Part shown: positions 12,001 through 19,600 of the stretch, in pieces
How the letters are laid out: each line of letters begins with the position of its first letter
Position numbering within the stretch: the first letter of the stretch is position 1
IMG/VR virus record: IMGVR_UViG_3300020470_000186
Location: 1 to 25,935 of that record
Length of the DNA: 25,935 nt
Direction: 5' to 3' (one strand)
Source: a virus
Taxonomy: Duplodnaviria > Caudoviricetes
The notes under the pieces: model-generated
What the model saw: only the letters and a program-made list of their open reading frames with translations
Databases searched by the model: none
Told to the model about the DNA's origin: nothing
Position numbers and translations under genes: made by a program

Positions 12001-13176
12001 ATCAACCGTGACAGTTGCTTTTGCTATAACACCAGATGCATCAGAGGGTGGGTCAAATATTACTATAGGAGGGTTAGCAGATGTATAACCTTGTCCACCA
12101 TCAATTAGACTAATATCCTTAATACCATTAACAAGTGACTCAGCAGTACCTAAAGTACCTTTTACACCAGCAGGAGACAGAATTGTTGTCTTTGGAGTAA
12201 AGTTTAATCTATATCCACTACCACCACTCTTTACTATAATGTCCTTTATCTCACCATCTTCTACCTTGGTGATTGCAGATGCACCTTTACCAAATTCAGG
12301 AGCAATTAGTTCTACAGCACGTACTGTAACTGTATGACCAATATCTAATGATGTAGAGAATATAATTTTATCTTCATATACAGTGAAATCTTCAAATGGT
12401 TTCTGAGGAACTCCATTTATTGCAACTAAACAAGAAACAGTAGAAAGTGGAGTATAACTCGATGTATTTAACTTTAAATCAAATATTTTTGTATAATCTT
12501 CATCAACGTTAATGGCATCTAGTGCTCTTACAGGAACGCTAGTATAACCAATCAAGTATTCTATAGTTGTAGGAGCAGTAGACCCTTGAGGGATGCTAGG
12601 AGCGTCTCCTATAAAGCGTATAGTAGCACCTTCTACCACATACTGTGTAGTAGGCTCATACTGAACACCATTAACAATAACACGAAGATATTCTGGAGCA
12701 GATGGCGATATTGGAGTACCAAGAAGATTCAGATTGAATTGTGTCTTTACACCATCAACCTGAGTTACAATACTCTCAAGTAATTGAATCTTTTTATTAA
12801 ATTCTTCGTTATTAACACCAGGAGTGAATACTACCTCTGGTGACTTTGTTGTGGACTCGTAATATATGATCTCATCATCAATCTTTATAGTACCGTCTTT
12901 CTCTAAGAAATAATCAACAGTCTCTACAGTTATATTATTATCACTCGGTGTCACATCAGATAGTACTATCGATGATGACGATATAAAATTCGGGTCATAC
13001 TCGTCAGAATTGACATCAGTATAACTGAGTATATTGTTCAGAACATCATAAGGTCTACCAGACTTTTCTTGCGATTTGTAGTATTGAACCATCAAATCGA
13101 CAAAAGCCTGATCCTCCTCCTTTATAAATGCAGGAATCTGATCCTGTAACCGTTGGGATACCTTAACTGCCTTCAT
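1..13176 (-). CDS. gp7: Giant baseplate wedge initiator / gp7-like multidomain virion protein (partial, >4392 aa, runs off the left edge)
   Basis: ATG at 13176, 14 nt after the gp6 stop, reads MKAVKVSQRLQDQIPAFIKEEDQAFVDLMVQYYKSQEKSG, typical of cyanomyovirus gp7 N-termini. Segments I translated by hand stay in this frame down to base 1 (..TDDYTIEGWFRPSTISGTQT). The ORF track lists no closed ORF in this frame, consistent with no internal stop. Contains G-x-G-Y repeats and YHYH-like, beta-propeller, LamG, CBM-like and helical domains. Confidence 0.9.
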   Translation of the reverse strand, partial: MKAVKVSQRLQDQIPAFIKEEDQAFVDLMVQYYKSQEKSGRPYDVLNNILSYTDVNSDEYDPNFISSSSIVLSDVTPSDNNITVETVDYFLEKDGTIKIDDEIIYYESTTKSPEVVFTPGVNNEEFNKKIQLLESIVTQVDGVKTQFNLNLLGTPISPSAPEYLRVIVNGVQYEPTTQYVVEGATIRFIGDAPSIPQGSTAPTTIEYLIGYTSVPVRALDAINVDEDYTKIFDLKLNTSSYTPLSTVSCLVAINGVPQKPFEDFTVYEDKIIFSTSLDIGHTVTVRAVELIAPEFGKGASAITKVEDGEIKDIIVKSGGSGYRLNFTPKTTILSPAGVKGTLGTAESLVNGIKDISLIDGGQGYTSANPPIVIFDPPSDASGVIAKATVTVDDTTGQVSAINVTSSGSGYDTIPSISFTNPSGAKISDATIDGEGSVETGSITVTAGGLNYKTAPTVWIEAPTAVNSIQASAEATIDAYGRVNGVTLIAPGKGYTTPPRCRIIDPVGAQILDVSVSGGKLVDIELLFGGTGYTDPPSVYIVDNRKDLSGNPIGGVGATAVATIFNGEITDINITSFGSGYSSTEPPTVVIAEPKSAAASCDVGFGEVTGFTIHNPGKDYLPSQFRDCKRGVSGVTEFDQRGNQIYTKEVESIQSSHAKDTTITNLDALFSKELYQRFVNQFLPNAPIDYTKVNAPQIIKTIKDFYISKGTKTATEYLFKILFSETVDVSYPKNELITPSAATWSVDTIIRVELISGDSRNIQDSQLFQYADAVDTNVKDASCLVENVIAINTGVGTIYELSISEETLLGKFTIPYKTTLVEPINSTDSIITVDSTIGWPERNGLIIMGDSEYVQYKEKSLNQFIECTRSKNNIVEDWDSGTTIYSDIFCYVDRGLDTEVKLRILGIAEATGTVLSDTGSYYLAGDKLNVASLGSSTTDKKVTSWLYNVKKLISVNNIEPGGLNNQTATVYTTNNHGLLVGDAVTIYGANPTIFNGTFEVTSRINATTFSYQIAAPSANPPQGNILMSVDLNRGKSDVESISGTIKDFTTNIQNVFFNDDYSYVATTGIPNYKVGPFIGSALIPGNQRKLSRIPRVVDTVSERPPTAFGPIGTWVNGVAAWSYKSESKIKYGGVTGINITNVGKGYDAAATPAIEITGGGGSGAAASVVVNGSLYEIDVTSGGTGYTSSPLVSIVGGGGFGATATAVITNGVVTKILVGDPGQEYTSEPLVSISGGDGTGATATAAVRGPIKSISVTNAGQSYTSSPTIKLNSGEGAVAQPIVINGRIVSIAVIASGDGYTSPPRVIINGEGYGAVGKATIGTTGEDKGKVLTVSVENRGVGYATGTTTIRLEAVGELATFTANVFEWTKNLETELDGNLDPARGYVFAGYNTQYGGEYAHVSDPKQLRFVLGDNVYRDPSSGNLRELESGLAHSPIIGWAFDGNPIYGPYGYIKADDQSSGIKRIVSSYRIKLALIYDQATNPNPVRADGPLLSEYAAGTFIEDYEYVFQNGDLDQYNGRYCKTPEYPEGVYAYFVAIDASEAGLPVFPYVCGPQLYSVPDKWNYSQDAIQTNIPSGVVRFRDPFEDVDIDVERQPNKATDTLVTEFGEEFVFEIEDLNKDGVLDAEELIALTYISEEPVLQLFDYYPRVSTRSQVDIEIETTTKFEDAKVSGFVVENPGTSYKVTDKLYFDNTDTGGYGASAKVESVKGIEVLSYSSTLENDVSYGKITTTDEHDLRAGDEVIVESIPQIDATNKTFKVKVVAGVERIDVLQQGLGYSEDIPPTYEIISGAGQDFKLDIVREESGAVNTVNIINSGSSYDKDDPPEIRVSHPQRYKKAAYALSFLKENNSVTKIKDVAIAEDRTFYVVGEADDVDGDSAGLIAKFNSDGRLLWTRTMEPIQPSVGDKKCIFNSIYVANTNPHTIYVVGETIPHTASLAYNPDIVVAKFESGFDGNNNPTAVIKWQRELAGISGSTRRDYVSSVQVDEDGFIYVAGTTDTNSPNPSDMWIGLLNTDGALEEKRKIASAAGDEWLNDIKYIGLGRTLFVGIEDPTGAGNIVFGETYYDTATIEVQWSRKFSNTAYRYSNPKLTVDDYGTVYITATATTVATGKTAGVAYWKFLASNLQTPAAQKIFAPNVAFEEIHSVGCKFDLFGNIDVGAYVRYAFNDNRIIVWKVSWNTDNVITAASIKETSGIGFHPTAITNDSSADTIIVGNKVEANEISLFNFETDTTGDDTYNDAATIAWKGSGNEAIDASKAKFGSQSVTTTAGANALEIDWGADQGTSWTIEGYIAIGQAQYNAQGSKPTLFKIVPNTGDATVLVVDGDSTSPNFGKLSLDVGSSTFFSSSTTNWTRFAAEAFVHVAYVKQDLGVGNYTFKVYINGNEEISHTSTTVNTAIKKALALGLETPATVSSIGGWLDNLSISTVAKYDANFTPAQAVGSTKITHAFTYKIDKDQTKLGTYTLNNVETGIQVTNAAAINDFTFNTLATTSNDWVLGPAGIQILDYADVVSNNVEGTYTFTSTDEPYATRTATIPTPNGKKLLLSTTVIPKFYLRDARYTSIDAVKTITFNQPATFTKGDILQQYSVIGGSDVISAYGTIVEVGTNNCKIGNIIGTFNTTDLIKSTGNDVNDIAYIFTVTTTIPQWTTNTAYVIGDEVYNDGKIYTASSAGTSGASAPVHNLGTVSDGNVNWVYTRVAGTFDVDLVNTSYSAGTLDQYARWKEFSGSDYVIKIEDIYEDSSYIKGDIIDADAVGLTFSVDATGNIATFGNLVGVKEFTLTANLAKDIIPSGALTYTDLVFANSTTKNNFEKNEIIFVEGFSTNEYNGSFFVEELFSSRQFTYRLRSTAIQDPVFSQGVIASVNIYAKHPKLLFVRGHQYVFDLDDTSNLGYFLSFSKDNQYKLEYPFTNIIREGTPGLTDESSPTPLVKFLVTDAVTNISYYFDPSRTGVNDNPVGVDSFIDVVQTPYKGTFTISSIPSEKEFRFPLLREPENTTAPLGNTETGIPRASYSTTSVKAVGPISSIKLVNPGGFYQKLPIVTDIASNREIEKIKILSGGTEYINGTYYNVPIDGDGEGALCNITVSDDGELEGVITGVELVSAGKGYTTASVDIDGIPGILGSLLQGSGGVLDVIIPDEGSGASVFLQGKSIGKIKKLKNNEFGFGYSHDYTLRPEITFPVNLQLFNTAILTEIKITDPGSGYTSIPRVVIEGGGGYGAEAIAIVKNNRLSEIQVKEPGAGYSSEPTVTLKSEFNYVVNIDLGYLQFNFPHGITSGAAVNLRAEDLGSTVGILPKPSSAGLISLSENTTYYAIAGEANSLEPDQLRIALTPVDAESGNFITFLTQGEGRQVLLTEVFGGKATAVVETSRFLQGEKVYQGSFIETATAVGYVSQNEGWQIGPRILKLENYDGVWKVGERVTGEVSRASGLIDNLSIAKGTLNIDALTTTTGQFIDDVGKPSEIVQKIQDSYFYQNFSYVIKSQTPINNWRKSILETNHPTGFNMFGELALTGGKDISGRKVVSDLVKEVNIFSATNINQITSFANSQPIYTQFNNTEVLFRQKRLTNSEEILTSIVKKLDNISQDFDGIKTQFPLTVEGESLTATDDQMMVLINGIAQSPGVSFTTSGPTIVFDEPPKAPSRIKFREVVFSQINITRYTFSQTSGIFPPAGKIVRSLQNEGTAIVIDSLVDSIDVVNIEGSFQINDNVLSSATGFDGVLSAVTPLTSNTIFEQGETITNLDTIPDFAIIEESNLVDGIVTTELVVSRTSGTAEFETGEFDLKFNDIIYSARSKIAARITSIAPYTDDTTNQVIDTVDLSPPSFFFGLVFQRVPSITFPNKILDNISETVVNPTELYSDTANNQDFLDFEEVRNQEIRYKNLQGSQFVVGDSIRNKKLYFANSSMRTVHDNRSYDAALLLRKNALFIAEEAVGIMKNYYPSFTVPGLNHDRDCYDDIVDICNVIAWQLEYDGNSEVWDTAYKYVQNGVVYHIDGEVPQVVYTMNAARDLMIKCIRNEVHTALYTGIQQYRDPTITNEYDPIDNSHADARSLLLANKWYIAHESLYYAKQQNPGYTVTGGDVHCLSDIVDVIEALAYNTAHGGNNFIYEAGHRIVQYGTVTGDIDTMVDAYTKAKAMALDIMKNVAVAKADTSHGWVQVTDNTITADTGSPVCNGVASTIGTLCDIIIAGLGTTASPGTVATFEAAYTSTVPSTNKSGYTNGCMNQASAITSYINIITDTLEDPSFADPATYQWSIGNVTRVEPPYAFQEETIRCTKHAYKDKSSGGFFVFEDNVKGVDSGASFDVIGSNAGNKWIYSKDVTGTFTVDEYITNSKITNSSVTADSLIFRTGTGSLAFSGTATNLLYPSSDKVAFGTDDYTIEGWFRPSTISGTQT

Positions 13177-13190
13177 TTGTTGTTATCGTC

Positions 13191-15284
13191 TTAGAAGCAA
13201 GTATCGAAATCTGGATATTCGAATACTGTGGTTGGATAATCAATGATATTTATCGAGGTTCCATCGAAGTTAATTGCAGTAAAGTCGAATGGATCGAATG
13301 TTGGAATGTTACTTCCATCAATTGTGTAATCTATAGTGATTACTTGTGGGTTGAAGATGGTAGGATCAACACCTGTACCGATATTCACATTACCAGCAGA
13401 TAGAATTACTGTAATAGGAATACGTGCTGTACCATCTGGAGTATTCTGTACATTTACAGGACCCAAACAAACTTGTCCAGTCTTGTAATTAACTGTTCCA
13501 ACCCCTTGCTTCAAGATAACTTCTGCTTCATCCAATTTAGTTACCATAATCAAAGATCCCTTACCATCATCTCTGACATTAACGGGAAGGAGTGCTGAAG
13601 TATCATTCTCAATGAATGTACTAGTACTTAAAACAGAATTGGTTGTAAGTTGTTGACTTTGTACGGCAAGATTGAGTAAATTCTCAGTATATCCTGTAGA
13701 ATAGAAAATTCCAGATTTAACAGAGGAGAATTTAGGAGCACAGGTAGATCCTGTACCACCTGCGCCAGTAGTACCACCAGATATGTCATTAGGATTCAAA
13801 ATCTCATTACCAAAGTCAACGCACTGCGTAAAGGTTGACCCAAATGGGAACCCTTCTACGTTCATACCTAATGTCATAGAAGTAGTATTACCGCTAATAG
13901 CATTATCAGAAGAATCAACCATAGTCTGAAATGCAGAACCATCTATTCTTCCGTTAAACCTATTAGCAGATCCTTGAGTATTGTACTGATCTATAGCGGA
14001 GAGTACTTTAGTAGCAACCTCGTTATTAGATTGAGAGGTCTTAGTACCATCAAAAAATACGTAAGACTTAGGTCTAATGTATAATGTTGTAGGATCAATA
14101 ATGACTGGTTCAATAGCAGCCATTGAATACTTCAAAAGATCGGTTTTGATGCGCTTCTTAGTAGTTTCGTTTAAGTTAGCACCGCTTTTAGTTCTTATAG
14201 CGATGTAAACCTTTCCGTATACAGGTGGATATACACGCTCACCACCATATGCTGTTACGGATTTAGCGGAGGGATATACATTCTTAGTGATATATTCATA
14301 ATCAGACTCCGTGACTGCTCTATTCTGTGAGGAGTATGCTCTAGGAGCATTGTACTTAATGCTTATTATATCTTCGCCTTCTTCACCAGACTGTGACGCA
14401 TCTACTGTTGCCAATGATATACTACCAGCAGGTAAGTACCTTCCTGTGTTATCAATTACGCGGCCAATAAAGTTAAATTTCTTACATCCGTTTGCTGCTG
14501 AACCATCTGTACGCACATAGCGCATCTTGATGATCTCACCCGCAATTAGTTCACGGCAAATAATACCATCCCCGAAAATAACCTGATATCTAAGATCATC
14601 AGTCTCCTCAAGGAAGTAACCACGAGTAGTTCCATCAACATTAACAATGTTGGTAACGCGATTATAAGTGTCGATCTCCTCGGACTGTGCGTTAGGTGAG
14701 ATAGACACATACAATAGATCTGTGTCAACATTATCAACAGGAATTTCATACTTACGTTGTTTAACATCAGTTACTGTATACTTGTATTCTAACAAGTTAC
14801 CTTGGTAAATTACCGTCTTGTTAAAACTAGCAATACCTGTAGACTGATCAACAGCAGCAGCAATGTCATTAGGTACAGTAAAAATAAAAGATTGTCCATC
14901 TACCGCAGACATAAACACATCTCCTTTAGGGAGTGTGACCTGTGCGGGATATATGGTACTATCGCCAATATAGGATGTCTGTACAGAGAAATTGATACAC
15001 GCCTTAGAGGCTTTAATAGATCTCGGTGTATAATTTAACTGTTTTGCAATTTTGACTACGTTATCACGAATGGTAGCAGACTCAAGGAATGCTTCATTCA
15101 TACTCATATTAGCGTTAAATGCAGAGTAGTATGTATTGTACGCTAAAATATCAAGTAAATATGACGCAGCTGAACCATCAAAGTCGTAATCGGTAAACTC
15201 TGTCCTAGTTCGAAGGTACGATCTAATAGACTCTTTAATTTCAGAAAAGTCTAAAGACGTTAAATTTGATGGAATTGCTGACAT
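13191..15284 (-). CDS. gp6: Baseplate wedge subunit gp6
   Basis: 697 aa. N-terminal LDFSEIK..FTDYDFDGS..LLDILAYNTYY..NEAFLESATIRDNVVKIAKQLNYTPRS, plus QNRAVTESDYE and YGGE..PPVYGKVYIAI motifs of T4 gp6/baseplate J. Lies between gp25 and gp7. Confidence 0.95.
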   Translation of the reverse strand: MSAIPSNLTSLDFSEIKESIRSYLRTRTEFTDYDFDGSAASYLLDILAYNTYYSAFNANMSMNEAFLESATIRDNVVKIAKQLNYTPRSIKASKACINFSVQTSYIGDSTIYPAQVTLPKGDVFMSAVDGQSFIFTVPNDIAAAVDQSTGIASFNKTVIYQGNLLEYKYTVTDVKQRKYEIPVDNVDTDLLYVSISPNAQSEEIDTYNRVTNIVNVDGTTRGYFLEETDDLRYQVIFGDGIICRELIAGEIIKMRYVRTDGSAANGCKKFNFIGRVIDNTGRYLPAGSISLATVDASQSGEEGEDIISIKYNAPRAYSSQNRAVTESDYEYITKNVYPSAKSVTAYGGERVYPPVYGKVYIAIRTKSGANLNETTKKRIKTDLLKYSMAAIEPVIIDPTTLYIRPKSYVFFDGTKTSQSNNEVATKVLSAIDQYNTQGSANRFNGRIDGSAFQTMVDSSDNAISGNTTSMTLGMNVEGFPFGSTFTQCVDFGNEILNPNDISGGTTGAGGTGSTCAPKFSSVKSGIFYSTGYTENLLNLAVQSQQLTTNSVLSTSTFIENDTSALLPVNVRDDGKGSLIMVTKLDEAEVILKQGVGTVNYKTGQVCLGPVNVQNTPDGTARIPITVILSAGNVNIGTGVDPTIFNPQVITIDYTIDGSNIPTFDPFDFTAINFDGTSINIIDYPTTVFEYPDFDTCF

Positions 15285-15287
15285 TGA

Positions 15288-15701
15288 TTATGCACGTTCT
15301 AATAGGAATTCAACGGATTGTACGAGAGTTTCACCAATAATTGTATAATCAATTTCTATATGTAGTGTATTTTCATCATTTCTATCAGGAAATAACCTGA
15401 CATCATTTAATCCTACTCTTGGTTCAAATCTAGTGACAACGTTCCTGATTTCCTCTTTAATTTCTTCTCCTACGAAGACATCAAACGGTTCAAACAACAT
15501 TTGCCTTAGACGAGAACCTTTTTTAGGTTGAAAAGGTCTCTCAGTGTATCCTGTACTAACAAGATTACGAATAGACTGTTTTATAGCATTTTCGTTTTTA
15601 ACTACAGTAAAGTCCTCAGTATTAGGATTAGGCTTAAATCCAATACTAAAGTCCTTGAACGCTCTGCTGAGTGATCTATCTGCCCTAAAGCGATATGCCA
15701 T
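15288..15701 (-). CDS. gp25: Baseplate wedge subunit gp25 (GPW/gp25 family)
   Basis: 137 aa. KNENAIKQSIRNLV.T...ERPFQP..GS.L..MLFEP and RFEPRV motifs of the gp25 family; directly upstream of gp6. Confidence 0.95.
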   Translation of the reverse strand: MAYRFRADRSLSRAFKDFSIGFKPNPNTEDFTVVKNENAIKQSIRNLVSTGYTERPFQPKKGSRLRQMLFEPFDVFVGEEIKEEIRNVVTRFEPRVGLNDVRLFPDRNDENTLHIEIDYTIIGETLVQSVEFLLERA

Positions 15702-15866
15702 TTAGTCTTTCTTATGTTTTTGCAGGTATTTATCTGATCTTGGATCAGTTATAAGATACTTACAATGTTCCCACCCATCCTTCTTGAAGCTCTCACTCAT
15801 ATCAACAGGTCGCCTTACGGGTCCTTTTGTCCACTCTGGAGGTTCTTCTAGTTTAGAATTTGTCAT
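15702..15866 (-). CDS. Small hypothetical protein (54 aa) upstream of gp25
   Basis: Hand-translated: MTNSKLEEPPEWTKGPVRRPVDMSESFKKDGWEHCKYLITDPRSDKYLQKHKKD*. Its stop lies directly next to the gp25 ATG (TAAATG) and a late-promoter motif sits about 20 nt upstream. Below the ORF-track size cutoff. Confidence 0.75.
   Translation of the reverse strand: MTNSKLEEPPEWTKGPVRRPVDMSESFKKDGWEHCKYLITDPRSDKYLQKHKKD
15727..15733 (-). promoter_or_regulatory. Putative T4-like late promoter (ATAAATA) for gp25-gp6-gp7
   Basis: ATAAATA on the minus strand about 25 nt before the gp25 ATG; matches the gp55 late-sigma core TATAAATA. Confidence 0.55.
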
Positions 15867-15880
15867 AATCAGTACCACTG

Positions 15881-15910
15881 TTTACTATTTAGCGAGTTAT
15901 GTGCTATACT
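15881..15910 (+). promoter_or_regulatory. Putative sigma70-type promoter for the plus-strand basic gene
   Basis: TTTACT-N18-TATACT with an extended -10 (TGcTATACT), 21 nt upstream of the ATG at 15932. Confidence 0.5.
15886..15892 (-). promoter_or_regulatory. Putative late promoter (CTAAATA)
   Basis: Intergenic CTAAATA about 20 nt upstream of the ATG at 15866. Confidence 0.6.
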
Positions 15911-15931
15911 TCAGGGAGTTAGTAAGTTCAA

Positions 15932-16081
15932 ATGGCTGTAAGATCAAAAGCAGGATCCTGGGGTGCTAGTACCTATGTGTCTCCTCCAGCGAAAAAGACC
16001 AGACAAGGCAACAGCAAAAACACAAAATATGCTGCAAGCAGCAGAAATCACGCTAAAAAGCGTTATAGAGGGCAGGGTTAA
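15932..16081 (+). CDS. Small highly basic protein (49 aa), the only credible plus-strand gene
   Basis: MAVRSKAGSWGASTYVSPPAKKTRQGNSKNTKYAASSRNHAKKRYRGQG*. Fills the gap between the 54-aa gene and the PAAR-like gene, has GGGAG upstream and its own promoter. The KKTRQG..RN..KRYRGQG pattern resembles small cyanophage proteins as I recall them. Confidence 0.75.
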   Translation: MAVRSKAGSWGASTYVSPPAKKTRQGNSKNTKYAASSRNHAKKRYRGQG

Positions 16082-16611
16082 CCTGCCAACACGGTTGCTG
16101 ACCCAAAAGCAACCACAGAACTACAAGGCCAACTTAGTTTAGGTTTACCAGCACCCAGAGGGTCGATTATTCGTATTATACGCCTCTTTAAAGCGAATAC
16201 GGTAAAAGTAGTCGATTCTGCCACTCTAACGTGTCCTACGCCTCCCATATCCTCCATTGTGAGCAATCCACAGAGGGTTGGGGTCGGTATTATACAAGTT
16301 AACTTACCACAAGGACACAAATAGTTTATAATATTGGTTGTAACTGAAATATGAGGTGTAAACGTATCCATTTCGAGCATAATCGGTAGTCTATGGACTA
16401 AAACGGTTGCTCGGAGTGGATTTAGTGCTTCTAGAGGTATTAGAGGTTGAGGCGGCCACCAACAAGTCTTATTTTTGATCGTTATAGAATATGGTATAGG
16501 TGGAGATCCACAAGGTTGCGTACTATGGATAGTCGAAGGGATAGGTATTCCGTGTCCTGAACACGGAAGTCCATTATGAAATGAAACTGGTCGTAAAACT
16601 CCTAATGCCAT
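16078..16611 (-). CDS. PAAR / gp5.4-like baseplate spike-tip protein, Cys/Pro-rich extended form
   Basis: 177 aa. CSGHG near the N-terminus, ATVLV..LPI...D.FTPH, H.R....T.TVF and a C-terminal C.SVVAFGSATVLAG match the three-fold PAAR repeat with Zn-ligand Cys/His. Close to gp25. Confidence 0.75.
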   Translation of the reverse strand: MALGVLRPVSFHNGLPCSGHGIPIPSTIHSTQPCGSPPIPYSITIKNKTCWWPPQPLIPLEALNPLRATVLVHRLPIMLEMDTFTPHISVTTNIINYLCPCGKLTCIIPTPTLCGLLTMEDMGGVGHVRVAESTTFTVFALKRRIIRIIDPLGAGKPKLSWPCSSVVAFGSATVLAG

Positions 16612-19600
16612 TACTTAACGTCAAATGTTAAATCGCACTCATCAAAATATGGGTTGCCAAAAGTATTTAGTGAATCGTCCAATAATGTCGCACCTGCGCC
16701 GCCCCAATTTCTATAGTTGAGAGACCCCTCATAAGGTCCCATTTCCATATGGTTCTCTGCATTAACTAGTTTAGGTGGAACAGCAATTGCAGCGTGTGTA
16801 ACCTCTTCTAGTGCCTTTCCGCAAGGTGATGATACTACAGGTGGTGAAGAACAAGGATTATCTGCTGTTATTGGGTTACCATCGCTATCGTAACCTGCAT
16901 TTACGTCCAAAACACCATCTACAACAAAATTATGCCAGCACGGATTAGGGAATTTACCACCAGAACAACTTGCTAGAGTTACACTATTATAGGTTACCTC
17001 GTTAGTTTGCCCTGTAGGTTGACCATTACCATCAACTTCTTGCTGTGTAATAGTAGTTGTACCCCATCCAGTGTAATTTCCAGCACCAGCCCAGGTCTCA
17101 AACTGCTCAAGTTCACTCATATTTGTTATACCATAGTCATATGTTTGCTCATCTCCTCCAATTGGAGCAAAAGTATACTGTCCTGGAGAGGATTCATAGC
17201 ATCTTCCCTTTGCTTGACCATTACTACAGGGGTGAGAATTCTTAATTTCACCAGAAATTTCAGTAACACGTGGTCTTAATGTGGCAGGATCACCCATACT
17301 CTTCAAAAAATTGAGAAAAGCGGTGTTTGTAGCTTCCCCTGCACCTGAAACATCACCTTCAAATTGTATACTAATGCGAATTCTTGCCATTTCTCGCTTA
17401 GAACCGCAATATTTGAATGGCATATACCCAAATACCTTCTCATCTCCGTTCTCATCAAGTGAAGTATACGGACAAGGTATGTCAAAAAAGCGTCTTACTT
17501 GGTACATTTTGGGTTGTCCGACCTCTACACATCCGCTAGGATAGATTCCTGCCATTCCAGAAGACATTTTTTTCTCAATTGTAGAGGAAACTGGTGCGGA
17601 TTGCTTCCAAGTATTACTAATCCACTCATTATTTGTGTTCCAATCGGGTGCAAGAGTCCGTAATTGACCAAAAACTGCCTCTTCATCCCAATTTTTAGCC
17701 CAATCTGTCCATCCTACACCTGAATTAGGCTGAAAACAGTTATTTGGAATGACTTCACCACAGAATCTTGTCTTTTCATCTGGTTCAGTATCAGTCATTG
17801 TAAGATATCCACGTTTTACACTCGTTTCTTTGTTCTTATTATACTCTTCGAACATACCTTGCATTTCTTTTTTAGACGCTTCTAGTTTTTGGTTAGCGTC
17901 AGGAGCATCTCCACCAAACTTTTCAAGGGATGTTGCGACTTCATCTTCATATGGTAAGTTCGCTTCACCGACAAAAGTATCAACTCTAGTATCAGATTCC
18001 CTATCAACTACTATAATACGAGGTACAAAGTTAGGAGGATACCCATCACCAGCGTCTTCTATGATAACTTGGTCAATACATCCTAAATTATCCACTGTTG
18101 CTCTTACTTTTGCTTGACGGAGCACTCCAGTGAAGTCTGATTCGGTAACATATTGCTGATTATTGATATCTGCAGCAGTTTGACGGAAATTATCCTCAGA
18201 ACGACCATAATCTAGCGTATTTGTTAATTCTATCTGTACTTCAGTCGAAGAATCGTCTGTAAATGACTCATTTATGTTTTTTGCGGGATCTATGAACCCT
18301 TGATCACGTAAAACTTCGGGAATTTCGATAGAAATCTCTGGAGCCTTGTATCCAGACCCCGCATTGATGATTTGGACGCTTTCTAACTTACCTTGAGCAT
18401 TTGTGAGACCGTGTATTTCCGCTACATCAATAGTTCTTTGTGGAATTAGTGCATCTGGGTCAACATTGACTCTAGTATACGCTACTTTCTTCGGAAACTC
18501 ATATACACCAAATACCGCACCTTTATCTTCTATACCATAACCAGCTAGCGCGATGATTGTGCCACTATTCTGCGAAGTATAGGAATTATTGTAAACAAAT
18601 GCGTTTCCATTGCCTTCTTGCTGTAATTGCGTCAATTCCATATACCCACAATTCATCTCATCACCAAAATAACGCACTGCAGTGATCATCCAACCGTTAA
18701 TTCGCTCTCCAATAGCAAAAAATCCCGTAGATGTAGTATATCTGAAGAAAAGACGGTGATCATCGGTTCCGCAAGTCCAAAATGACTCCGAACCACCTGG
18801 AGTTTGGTCGGGAACGTCCACAAATAGCCTTGTTTTCTTCGTTCTCCACACAGATTCCTTAATTGTATAGTTAAATGACTTAAAATCACGTGTTACTATG
18901 CAAGGCTGGTTATTTGTATATTGTTGTTGGCAACAGTTAGCATCTGATGTTACCATATTGATGCCATATATGGGTCCATTCCACGGATATGTCGTATCAT
19001 AGAGGTAATAGACGAATTGACCCTCAAAAGCGTCGTGAAAACCGAGATATTTGGGTACAGATGCCTTTACAGCACCATTTTTGCCATAAAACCACTCAAA
19101 ATGGGCAGAATCGGTCAAAATTTCGGCATTATCGGGGTCTCCCCACCCTTTTACGCAAGGAACGTCCCCTTTTTCGAGCAAATAGTCGTCTTCAGTGAAG
19201 GTTCCGTTGCCTTGGTAGTCCCAATCGTACCATCCACTCCTATTAACTTCACCAGTATCGTGTGGTCTTCCAACTTCTATGATCCTTGAGCTCTTTCTTG
19301 GACCAGTCGAAGTCATCACATATCCTACAATTCCAACATACTGGTACTCCTCATTCATAGGGTCACCTGGGTCAGCGACACCAGGAACGCCTGTCTCAAG
19401 GTTAACCTCGAATTGAGGTCTTAGAGTATAGAAGTGATCTGGACCTTTGTAGTTGGCAGGAGCAAGGTATTCGTGTAATGGTAGAACAGACTCACCTGGT
19501 ACTAGTGTTCCAGATGCTACTGCTGCTGCTTCAGATGTAAAAATATATCCTAGTAGTTCTTGTCCTGATCCTGTTGTTAGATATGTGTCCTTACCTGTAC

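Noticed and set aside
9100-12300. CRISPR array or DNA-level tandem repeats
   Set aside because: The recurring ACC/AGC-rich stretches are degenerate protein-level Gly/Ala repeats, with no identical repeat-spacer pattern.
1698-12783. Short track ORFs on both strands within the gp7 region
   Set aside because: They are shadow frames of the giant ORF. Their Leu-rich or Ser/Pro/Thr-rich composition is what shifted or antisense reading of biased codons produces.
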